Assembly (NCBI GenBank): GCA_044892505.1
Contig: CM097884.1
Coordinates: forward strand, 106,144,001 to 106,208,000
DNA length: 64,000 nt
Source: Schmidtea nova
Taxonomy: Eukaryota
Direction of reading: 5' to 3'
Shown here: positions 13,729 to 25,147 of the stretch, in pieces
Position numbering within the stretch: the first letter of the stretch is position 1
Layout: every line of letters starts with the position of its first letter
Notes under the pieces: generated by a model
Databases searched by the model: none
Told to the model about the DNA's origin: nothing
The model's input: only the letters and a program-made list of their open reading frames with translations
Position numbers and translations under genes: made by a program

Positions 13729-14068
13729 ATTGGAAAGAAGTCAATTTTTAAGACAAAATTAAATAAAATAAATCTTGATCCCAAAATTGTGTGGTTTGCG
13801 TTGCTTCAATCTCCATCCGGTGATAAGAAAGAAGTTTATATCAACTACGATTACAAAAATGATATTATTTGGGCTGAATTTGTGCCCAATGAAATTGGCA
13901 TTCACTGGCTCTCATTTATGTACGAATCCGACAAGCACTTGCCCATAAATTTTGACACCTCTTTTCAAATAATTGTACAAGAAGTCGATAATTTTGACTT
14001 GACTAAGTTTCACAGAGAATTAGAATCGATTAAAGTTTTCGGTAAAGGTTTGGTAAAAGGTAAATCCG
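13729..14068 (+). CDS. fln: Filamin exon (diverged repeat)
   Basis: In frame after a 46-nt GT-AG intron: LQSPSGDKKEV...AEFVPNEIGIHWLSFMY...KVFGKGLVKGKS; GTAGGT donor at 14069. Confidence 0.75.
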
Positions 14069-14119
14069 GTAGGTTCCATTTAATTTCGTAAGTTATTATT
14101 ATTAACTTGCAAAAACAAG

Positions 14120-14364
14120 GAACTCCGAACTCCTTTCAAATTGAGATTGGAGAGTCGGTGAGTGGTGCTCTAAATGTTACCGTAGATGGACCGAGCAAGG
14201 TAGAGATCAAATGCAATGAAACGGAAAAAGGTTTCAGATTTTCATACATTCCTGCTATTCAGGGAGATTATTTGGTTACAATTAAATATGGTGGAGAATA
14301 TCAGATCAAGGGTTCCCCTTTTCAAGTTTGTATCAAATTGTTTTATAATCAGTTATGTTTTTAA
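14120..14364 (+). CDS. fln: Filamin exon (repeat-23-like); 3' end uncertain (read-through to stop or splice to an exon beyond)
   Basis: Follows a 51-nt intron (14069-14119): GTPNSFQIE...GALNVTVDGPSKVEIKC...FSYIPAIQGDYLVTIKYGGEYQIKGSPF. Confidence 0.85.
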
Positions 14365-15345
14365 CGATTTATTTGCTGATCTGGGACTTTTATATCGCAC
14401 GTGAAACAATAGAATAAAATCGAACTTTTCTGTGACAGATGTATAAAAAAGAAAATTTCAATTTCAATTTACTCTTCAAATAACTTATCACAAAATCTCT
14501 CGCAGTGGAGAATTGCAGTAAATTAATGTATACGCAATTATATTCCATTTTTATTTATAACCCTTTACGTTTGTATCATACAGAGTGGGTCAGAAATCCC
14601 TGTCATATTTTATTTGTAATGAAATTCCCTTTATCTTCACTTTTTTCATACTGTAAATCAAAATAAATAAACATTTTGATTTATAATTTGAAAAAAAATA
14701 AAGATAGGAAAAATTGAAATGAAAATGAAAAAAATTAAAGGTGAAAAATATTTAAAATATTTTTTTGATTGCAATAAAATTAAATAGTTTCTTTTAAAAC
14801 ATGGGTAACAACAAAAAGACTTTGTTAATCCAATGACTTTTTATGTTTTTTCATAAATTTGACATTGCTGATTACAAATAAGAAGCCAGGCATAAAATAG
14901 CACGTCAGAATCTTAAGCTATATATATGAATCTTTTTGATGGCAGTATTAGATGTTGCTAGAGCATCTTCTAGGTTGTTTTCTAAATCAGATTGAGAAGT
15001 TGAAGTCATAATTCCAAGTTTTTATTTTATGAAATATGATATAATTTGTAAACAAATTATATAAGACAAAATATTTTAAAATATGTAAATCTAAAATTAT
15101 TTATAAAGTTATATTTTTTAAAAATTTAATTATACATTTTACCGACTTAAAAATAAATATTAAAATTATAAAATTTATTTTATTTTAAAAAATCTTAAAT
15201 TTTTAAATTATTTGTCATTTCAAATTATCTTAATAAATTATTAAAATATTTAGTTCTCAGCGGAAAACACCTCACAGGCATAGTATAAGTGTTAGACATG
15301 GTAATAGATTATCATCAATATTTTAACCACTTTAGAAAAACAAAC

Positions 15346-17758
15346 GGTACTTACGTATTAACGCCACCGCAGCTACAGACAAAAAATTCATCTCTAAAAA
15401 CAATGTTAAATTGATATTTAATTTTAATATTTAATTAACTGTTTTTAATATTTGATTAACTGTTAATAATTGTTGTTCGCATACAGATTTTTTAGTGCTA
15501 TGAAAATGGTTATTTTGGATTAGAGGTTGTGATCGAGAATTCTCGATTTCTCGAGAATTCTGAACACTTACCATTTCTCGATTCTCGAGATTTTTATTCT
15601 ATTTCTCGATAAAAAAAAGATTATTTAAATCAAATTAATTTTAAAATACAATTTTTTCTGCGAAGTGTCGATTGTTTTCTAAAACCATTTAGAAAACAAT
15701 TGAAAGAAAATCGTTAATCGGAAAATATTTATTTTTAAATTTTGTTCTATGTCGAAGTAGGCTTGTTGTGTTGTAAAAAAATTTAGAATTTATGGGTATT
15801 TGTTCACTGGCTCATTCATTTTTTATTATTCATTCGTAGTATTGTAGACTGATAATCAATCGATAATATCGTAATAAAATTTTTCTTTTTTAAACGTAAG
15901 TATAAGTACATTCAGAAAAAAATATTTACTGGTTGTTTTAAAATTTTAAACAATTAAATAATTTAATTTTAATATAAATTTTTAAGCCATTAAATGGAGC
16001 AGACACATTACGAAAATTGTTGGCAAAATTTTTAAAAAAAACTGGGGATAAGGATATAGCTGTTTGCAATCTATGTAAAAAAAGTATATCATGCAAAGCA
16101 TCGCAAACAACTGAACTTCATCGGCATTTAACTGGTCATCATAGCTTGAAGAGGATAGCAATAGCAACTACAAGTTCAAAAAGCCATAGTTTTTCAAAAT
16201 CATCAACGCTTGACAAATTTGTGACTGTCACGAATGCAAATAATGATATTGAAACATTGGAAGAAATTGTGGCTAAATTAGCAGTCAAAGATGGTTTCAG
16301 TATTTTGGCTATAACTAAAAGCGAGTTCATTCATAAAAGTATAAAAAGCAGGGATTTTCTTTGCCGCAGCAGCCATCAGATGTCATGAATTTGGTGTATA
16401 AGTATTATTCCTTAGTGAAAGATAAATTAGTTAAAATTAAATCGCTAAAAGAACAGAATTACAAATTTAGTTTGTCTATTGATGAATGGACCAGTTTCAA
16501 AAACAGACGATACATGAATGTCCACTTATACTTGGGAAAAGTAGATTCTGTTAATTTGGGATTAATTCCAATAACAGGAACATGTCCTGCTGAAAAAATT
16601 ATAGAAATGGTAAATACAAAATTGGAATCGTTCGGTATAAGTTTTTCTAAAGATATTGTGGCAATTACATCAGACGGTGCGAGTGTTATGGTAAAATAGG
16701 GTAAATTATCACCTGCCCATTTACAAATAATCAAGCTATCCATTTGGCGATTATATCGGTTCTATACGCAACTAAAACAGAAAATAATGAAACCAGCGAT
16801 GACGAAAGTTGTAATTGTGATCCAAACGAAGATGATTTATATAATAGTAATTTCCAGGAACAGCATTTAATTTCTCCAAGCGGTTTGATAATCAATCCCG
16901 ATCCCGATATAAATATTAATAACACTATGCAGAACATACGAAAAGTTGTTAAGCTTTTCAAGAAATCACCAGTAAGAATCTTGCAAAATTACGTTAAAGC
17001 CGCAGAGCAAAAAGAGCTATCGCTATTATTGGATTTATTGACAGCGGAAGGAGTTCTAAAATTTCTTTTTCAAGCACTAGAAAATATTCATTCTGCTTTA
17101 GCGTTAAAGTTGCTTGAAGAACTAAAAATTCATATAGGAAAGAGAAGGGATAAATCATTAGTGTCTCTTCTTAAATTTTTACAGGACCCATTCTCTTTGG
17201 AAAATGAGGAAGATGAATTTTCAGCATGACCATTAAAAATGAAATCACCAAATTGGCTAAAAACTTGATGGTAAGGCTATTTCCTGTATCACCTGATGAA
17301 TCACCTGGTAATAGAAATCCTATTGTTGAGATACCTACAGAAAATTCAGAAATAATTGAGATTGAAGATTGCGAATTAGAATCGAATGATATGAACCAGC
17401 AGGATACGAACAATACTAATGAAGATATTCTTAAAAAGCAGCTGGAAAACTTTATTCGCGAAAGCAACAAATCTTCTCAGGTATCTGATGCAGGCTTCAA
17501 AGCGTTATCGAGAAAAATTACGATTTTTTCTATCAATGGCCAACTTACGCCAAACTTAGCGTTGTTGCAAGCAGCATTACAAACGATAAAACCAATTTCT
17601 ACGCAAAACGAAAGGAATTTTTCAACTGCGGGAAATTTCGTTTCGATGAAAAGAACAAGCCTCTCAGATCAATCAATTGATAGTCTCTGTTTTTTGAAGT
17701 ATTATTATTTGAATAATCAATAAATTATGTTTATTTATGTTAATTTTAAAAATTTAAT

Positions 17759-17800
<42 letters not shown>

Positions 17801-18557
17801 TTTTGAATAAATTTTAATGAATTTATTTTTGTAAAATTTATACTTTTTTATTAGTAAATAATATAGTTAAAATACTTGCATTAAATATTACAATTAATTC
17901 AAGTATTTTTATCTATTTTTTGTTAATTATCAACATTTCTTGAAATTTCTCGAGAAATTTCGAGAAGTGCAAATTTATTTTCTCAATTTTATTTTGTTGA
18001 GAAATCACAACCTCTATTTGGGATTTCCAAAAACAGAACAAAATGCAGTTTTATTTTTTCAGGAGCGAAATATTTTACCAAAAAACAAAAATGTACCAAT
18101 TCCCATGACATGAAACTTTATTTTGGTAAACGTAAGTTTTGGAAATGTAATTTAAGATAGTGTGATCAGCAATTGGGGCTTAGAAAAGACAACTGGTTTG
18201 AGGGAAGCAGAATTCCATTTTGTTCAGCTTTGAGATTCATATACTGCTGGCGCGAGGAGTTGACGTCGATTAAATTTTGTAAAAAGCAACTTGATTTATC
18301 GGATAAAACTGTTATAGATTGGAATAATTACATGCGTGAATTATGTGTCTTGGATATGGAAAATAAACCAAACAAGAAGGTAGGTGGACCAGATTGCATT
18401 GTGGAAATTGTTCAAAGTTTATTTACTAAACGTAAAAATAATTGACTAGTTTGTTTTTAAATAAAGTGTTTTGAATTTTGAAAGTGTTTTGATTTTAAAT
18501 TAAGTATTTTATTTTATGATTTGTCTGTAACTGCAGTGGCGTTAATACTTAAATACC
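15346..18557 (+). mobile_element. Merlin (ISXO2-like) DNA transposon, internally deleted, with nested hAT
   Basis: Long TIRs GGTACTTACGTATTAACGCCACCGCAGCTACAGACAAA / TTTGTCTGTAACTGCAGTGGCGTTAATACTTAAATACC; perfect 8-bp TSD AAACAAAC; transposase fragment VGGPDCIVEIVQSLFTKRKNN at 18173-18445. Confidence 0.88.
15521..18016 (+). mobile_element. Decayed hAT transposon (BED zinc finger transposase, frameshifted)
   Basis: TIRs TAGAGGTTGTGAT / ATCACAACCTCTA; TSD TTTTGGAT / TTTGGGAT. BED finger (CNLC...HLTGHH), SIDEWTS, ITSDGAS and NERNFSTAG motifs are spread over four ORF fragments. Confidence 0.9.
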
Positions 18558-19749
18558 AAACAAACATTTATAAACCAAGTTTCTATGAATGTAAAGTTGT
18601 ATTTTGTACCATATATAGTGTCATTTGTATTTCATACTCAAAAAAATACTCCTAAATACAATTAAAAATGTTTAACGTTGTCCTTTACGCTTGTAACCGT
18701 TTGCAGCGTCTCTTTAAAGAATAAATCAATATTCGCCATCATGTAAGAATTGAAACATCTTTGGTATCGTGCTGATCCCCTGGTGAAACCTATCAGTATG
18801 TTCATTGCTCATTAACTTATTTAGGGTTGAGTTCATTTAATTTATAACTATGACTACAACCAAAATAAATATTCATCAGCAAATTAAATTATCTGTACAA
18901 TCAACTTAGAGAACTAGTTGCATTAAATGAAGATAGATTTTTTTTAAAAAAAATTATGTAAAATAAATATGGGTTGCGATGGACCGACAGACAGTAGCAT
19001 TGTGTGTGTGTGGTAAGTGTTGGGCCAACCAAATAAAGCCTTAATGTAAATAGAGTTAGAAATAATAAGTATGTAGACAAACAAAAATGCTCTAATTACA
19101 TTATCCATGTTTAGAGAAAGATTTGGAAAGAAAAAAATAATCAAGAAAAACAAAGGTAAATAAAAATATAAATTAACAGTAAATACTTGTCAATTATCAT
19201 GGAGCATAGGAAAGGCGGATGCCTGAAAATAAATACAATTACCGAAAAAAACATTTAAAAATAAAAATACAAATTAAGGAATAAATAATTATTGCCACAT
19301 GTAGCGAGATCAGGAATGTCTGAAATAAAAAGGAAAATCAATTATTTTACAAAATAAACAAATCACCTGATAATGCAAGATAAAGCCGACCTGAAGGGAG
19401 AAATATATAAATAAAATAAATATTTATGAATAATTACATTAGCAAACCCGAATGGAATCTCAAAATCTGAAAATTGAAGGAATTTAAAATCTAAACAACA
19501 TGCAAATAGATAAATTATTACCAATTGGTGAGCGTAAGAAGCCCTCTGATTGGTTGATTAGAAATCTCAACTGTTATAAATACCAGCTCTGAAATCAGTA
19601 GTGTCATCTTCAGCATGTGAGTTTGTAAACTTGTGCATTTGTGTTTGAATCTACTCATAATTTGTGTGAATCATCTGAAACCTAAACTAACATTATTCGA
19701 GTAATAAAAGGTATACTTTTAATTGTTTTATTGATTTCATTTTTATTTA

Positions 19750-22700
19750 AAAATCATTAGATTTACGCCCTAGTGGTCTCGCGACCCATAGGGCGGAATT
19801 GGGCTCTCTTCCAGACTCCTTTGGAAGTTGGGCGATGCGGTCACATGCACCTAATACGGAGAGGGGATGGCACATAGGACATTTCAATTTGTTAATGTTA
19901 ATAGTTAATTAAATTTTATTTCATTGTGAGGTTGATTTCAATGAATTGGCGCGACCTCATAGGACATTTGATTTATTTGATAATGATTGGCATTAAGAAA
20001 GAGTAATTCCACATGCACAAATCACTTAGGTATTGACAATTTCAGCAACAAACATAGGCATTGGATAATTGATTTTATTTGACAATGAAGTTTATTCGAG
20101 AATGAATTTTAATTGTTTGGGCATTGAGAAAGAATTTCGACATGATGACATAGCCGATTGAATTAGAAGTCCACGTGAAAAATGGATCGATTACCCATTT
20201 GGGGGAGGGTGTGAATGATCCACTGTAAGGCAAGTAATTGATTTGTAGTGAGAAACTTTTGTTAACAGTATAATCAATTGAGGGATTATGCGTGTGGATA
20301 GAGTGATTATTGATGCCGATGAATTTGTGTGAAAGAAATGTAAAGCGCCAATATAGCGGGTCAGTGACCCGATTTTTCGCGTGGTCTATGAATCAATTTT
20401 GGAAATGATAACCACCGATTGACCAAATCTATGTGGTGATATGCCAAGGAGGAGTGAACGGAATGATGTGCGGTTGAATAAAGAGTAACAGCTCGATAAC
20501 ACTAATACTGACCATGTATGAGGTCAACCAGTTATGTAATAGTAAAAGGACCGATATATAGATGTCAATTAGAGCCACATAAGTACCAGTAGACATTCCC
20601 GTAAACAACGTTAAATTCCGTAGCTACCGTTTTAATAAGTCGAGGTCAGCTAAATTTGTGAAGAGTGGCATGAAATGTGTATCCAGATTTTACCACACAT
20701 AATTTACACACGCGCATATAAAAGGAAAGTCACGAATTTGGGTTGACATTTAATTTTCGATTTTAATTATATTTCGCCGTAATCGTATCAGTTCGATGGA
20801 AAGAAATCAGAAAATGTTCCACAGTACCAAGTACTCAACGAACAATCGGAACCCTAATATTTTATAGAATATTTTTATTTCAGAAAACAAACCATGAAAT
20901 TCACTATGCCGATTCAGTCTCCGAGAATCGCCACTGGGTATCACAGGGATGGAAAGGTCGCAGTACCAGCCGTTTGGCCACTCAAAGGAATCCCTTTTGC
21001 AGTTGCTAACGAATTGGTTGGCCATTCATGAAGATGCGAATTGAATTTCTGAGGCCAGCGCCCTTAGGAGAATGGAAAAATGACTGCGAGAAAGTATGGT
21101 GGCAAGGTGACCCCCAATGGCCTGCGACGGTTTAGGAAACTCAGTGCCTACAAAAACGCCAGCATTGGTTTATCGTGCTGCGTGATGAGACGACGATGCC
21201 ACGATGGTTATTACATTTTGGAAATTTTACTGTGTCGGAATTAAATTCCTTGTAATTCATTCTGCTGGACAAGCCACGACATATTCAGACAGGCGAAGTA
21301 TTGGGATATTCGAACCTCCCGTTCGGATTCCGCGAACAATGGCGAGAAAAATGACAGCCGAAATACACATCCAGGAGGTTTTCCTCTACCAATCAACCCT
21401 CTGCTGGAGACCCAACCCAGCTATTTACGATGAGAAAGGGGATCTCTCTCAAGAGCTAATCTGACGACTAAACCGGGGGAATCGAGTGTCATTTATGATC
21501 CAATCAAACATGACGAAAATTTAAATCTAATCGATTTTTCCTGTTTTTTATTTTTGTATTTAATTTTAGTATCGTTGAGAGATTCTTGTTTTTTTTATGT
21601 TGTTATTGTTTTTTGTGTGCTGCTGATTGTTTGACGTTGGGATGGATGATTGGTTACTGATAATAGTCCGCTGGAACGACGTAACGAGGGTTGAATGTAT
21701 GAAACAAATGACGGGGGTTTAGTAAGAATATAATAAACGATAATTATAATGATATGAATGGTGAAGCGGAATAGTATAGACCCATACAGATGTTATTCAA
21801 ATAGGACGACTAATAGAACTACGTGAACATGTATTTTCCTTGTAGATGCCGGAAAATTTGAGAGAAACTAAGGAAGTTCGACACCTGATCTCCGAACTGC
21901 GGAGCAAGAATAAAGCATTGACGAGGGAAGTCGATCGACAGATTCATTTGAACGAGGAACTACGTCAAACCTTGTTCACTTCAGCCTCGATGAAAATCTT
22001 ACTACAAAGACTTGACAGACTAAATCAAACGATAAGCGATCAAGCAGCAGAATTGGAACTAAATCGGTACATCCGAGCAGTCGTATATCGGCACCTAAAA
22101 GAGCAAATACGACCAATCACTTTCAACAAGTGGACCACTCAGTATTCGTCATCGGGAGAAAAACAAACAGATCTCTCCCCAACCAGTGAGTTGATTGCAT
22201 TAGTATCTGTAGCTACTCAACAGCCCTCAAAAGAGACTAAGACGAAGCACAGAAATAGAATGGGAGCTATGAGAAGATGGAACACCGCGCATATGTCGAA
22301 ATACTTGGCAATTAGGTGGATCTACTCAGTGGCTTAAACGAACAACAGCTAATCGAACAAATTAATTCTGCTGTGTTTATATGAAATAAATGTGTATTTA
22401 TGATTTAGTTTGTGTTGACTTTAATTTAACATTAAGTATTGACTAGAAAATTTTGTATATTTGAGTGGTTTAATTAGATTGCAAAAGGCAGTTAACTTAA
22501 AATTTTATAAAGGGGCCAGATGTTCGACAGGGAAAGGTCTTCTATCGACCGACGAGAACCCGTATGGGCAAGAGAGTAATAGTAACTGCCTAGGTTGTTC
22601 ACCTGCCCTCTTGACATACACCGGTTGGTGCAGTTCCAACGTGAGGTACAATTAGGGGTATCTCACGGGCACCATCGCGAGGTTTATGATTTTATGTTGG

Positions 22701-22770
22701 TGGAGTTAACCCTAATAACCAGCAATAAAAACTCATTTTCCACCACACCAGCATAAGGTTAAAAAGTCGT
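19750..22770 (+). other. Unclassified, relatively GC-rich insertion with decayed coding fragments and a 163-aa coiled-coil ORF (21846-22337)
   Basis: Higher GC than flanks; TATAAAAG at 20717; stop-interrupted reading frame at 21028-21440; hairpins near both ends. The family could not be assigned. Confidence 0.35.
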
Positions 22771-22842
22771 TAGACATATCGAATTTATAATGTCAATTAA
22801 ATATTGAAATTAATAAATTCATGTTTTAATATTAAATTTTCA

Positions 22843-23093
22843 TGGCGTCACGAGCAGTTATTCAGGAACTGTTACGGAAAGAAAAAATTTCAAATTTATT
22901 AATTTTTCAGAAATGTGGGAATGGTGGAGAAGCTGTAGTAAAACACATACCAAGAGTTAAAGAATACGTGGATTTCTTTAGTCAATATGATGATGTTACC
23001 GAAAAAGATGAACTCCAGATATTTCGACAATGAAATTATCAAAGAAATGAACTTTTAGAAAAATAAAAAAGACGGAAACGTGACATGGATTGT
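22843..23093 (+). mobile_element. 5' part of Ty3/gypsy element (putative PBS and gag start), interrupted by Polinton copy 1
   Basis: ...TTTTCA followed by TGGCGTCACGAGCAG (LTR end + PBS-like); the gag-like frame continues after 49440. Confidence 0.5.
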
Positions 23094-23658
23094 AGTAGGA
23101 TTTGAGCCCATCAGATATAGGTCAAGACCCCCTCTAAAAAAATTTTTTATGTAGGTCAATTTAAGGATACTTTAAGGTCAAACATTTTGCTCAATGTCAC
23201 TTTAAGGTCAAAAAGTAGGCCAAGGTCGATTTAACATATTTTTAAGATGAATTTAAGGTCAAATTTATGGTTTATGGACAATAAAGTATGTCAAGGTTGT
23301 TTTAAGGACACTTTGAGCTCAAAAGGTAGGTCGATTTCAGGTCACGATGAGGACAAATCAAGTAGGTCAATAATATTTTTTTTAATTTTTCTGTCAAAAA
23401 TAAGTAGGTCAATAATAATAATAATTTTCGAAATTATTCTAAGTTATAATAATAAATTAAAAATTTAAGTAGGTCAATATAATTTTGTAAATTTTTCTAA
23501 GTCAGAATTAAGTAGCTCAAATATATTCAAAATCTGAATTAACTATTAAGTGACACAACACTTTGTGACTCACGTGGCATTGTAAGTGCAAGTTTAATAA
23601 AGCCAATGCAATCAAGCTGCAAGATTAACAAAGGTAAGTAAAGAATAATTTGATTAAT
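23094..23658 (+). repeat. Left terminal inverted repeat of Polinton copy 1 (runs into gap)
   Basis: Reverse complement of 48632-49439, near-identical over the inner ~120 bp; internal TAAGGTC/TAGGTCAA subrepeats. Confidence 0.85.
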
Positions 23659-23939
23659 NNNNNNNNNNNNNNNNNNNNNNNNNNNNNNNNNNNNNNNNNN
23701 NNNNNNNNNNNNNNNNNNNNNNNNNNNNNNNNNNNNNNNNNNNNNNNNNNNNNNNNNNNNNNNNNNNNNNNNNNNNNNNNNNNNNNNNNNNNNNNNNNNN
23801 NNNNNNNNNNNNNNNNTTTGATTAATTTTAATTATAATAATTATAATTATTATAATAGTAATAGTAATAATATTAATAATAATAATAATAATAACTTATA
23901 AAATAATACCAAACGTTTATGTTATTAAAAATGGTACTA

Positions 23940-24809
23940 CCGTCTTAACCCGAAAATAACACCATGGTGTTGTATTTGAGTTTTTAAAAAATTTTGACTT
24001 TTTAAAACATTGAAGAAAATTTCAAATATAACACCACTTTAAATATAACACCATGGTTTTTTATTTAATATTTAAACATTAATATAATGCTAATTAACCA
24101 AGCATATGTATCCCAAAATACTGATCAATTTTTACCTTTACCACAGTTTGAATTGGATTTGATACTAGATATTCAAATGAAGTTTTAGTATTTGCATTTT
24201 TTATTATAATGTTCCAATTTTCTTTAATGGACACAGCAAAAATCTCGTTTTCAGATGCAGGTATGTCATCATTCTGAATGTTTTCAAAATAATTAGCATC
24301 TACTAAATCAGATAATTCATGCAGAGATTGCATAAATAAAATTAATTGATTTTTATACTCCTTCCAAGTATTTTCAGCTTGATTACCATATTTCTTGTGG
24401 TGTACACACATATAAAAGCTTGCAGTATTTGAATCTGGTAAGTACCATTCTGGTGGTTGATATTTTTCTTCATTTATATCATCGTTTTCAGGTGTAACAT
24501 ACTCAGTTGCATATAATTCATTCCAGATAGTAATGTCAAAAGATGGTTGAAATAAAGCTTTTAAAGGTGGATGGAGAATATTCATATCAAATATTTCTTT
24601 AGGAACCAATCCACATACCTTGAATGCATTAACTACTTATTCTGGCGTTTTTCTGCTAATCCATTCAATAATCCAGTTTGAAACCATATATAAAAAAAAG
24701 TTATTACATTAAAGTATTTTAAAACACCATGGTGTTATATTTGAATAAAACACCAGAGTGGTCTTATATTCAAACATAACACCATGGTGTTGTTTTCGGG
24801 TTAAGACAG
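23940..24809 (-). mobile_element. pogo-like deletion derivative nested in Polinton copy 1
   Basis: TA|CCGTCTTAACCCGAAAATAACACCATGGTGTT and matching right TIR |TA. Internal frame VSNWIIEWISRKTPE*VVNAFKVCGL resembles the C-terminal part of the pogo DDE_1 domain (covers ORF 24094-24609). Confidence 0.75.
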
Positions 24810-25147
24810 TAGTCCCTATATAAAAACATTTAATATTTACACAGGTTCCTATATAAAACAAACAATAAAAAACTTTAAAAATAACAAATTTTTGTAAATA
24901 TGAATGTTTTATTTTNNNNNNNNNNNNNNNNNNNNNNNNNNNNNNNNNNNNNNNNNNNNNNNNNNNNNNNNNNNNNNNNNNNNNNNNNNNNNNNNNNNNN
25001 NNNNNNNNNNNNNNNNNNNNNNNNNNNNNNNNNNNNNNNNNNNNNNNNNNNNNNNNNNNNNNNNNNNNNNNNNNNNNNNNNNNNNNNNNNNNNNNNNNNN
25101 NNNNNNNNNNNNNNNNNNNNNNNNNNNNNNNNNNNNNNNNNNNNNNN

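Noticed and set aside
22500-22700. Possible ribozyme in GC-rich structured segment
   Set aside because: No hammerhead CTGANGA/GAAA core or other recognisable ribozyme consensus found by eye.
22770-22842. 5' LTR matching the 3' LTR at 53744
   Set aside because: No alignable sequence found; the two LTR parts may be non-overlapping remnants, so single-element continuity rests only on gag and the TSD.
24094-24609. 171-aa ORF as a Polinton accessory gene
   Set aside because: It lies inside a TA-flanked element with its own TIRs and continues a pogo-like transposase frame.
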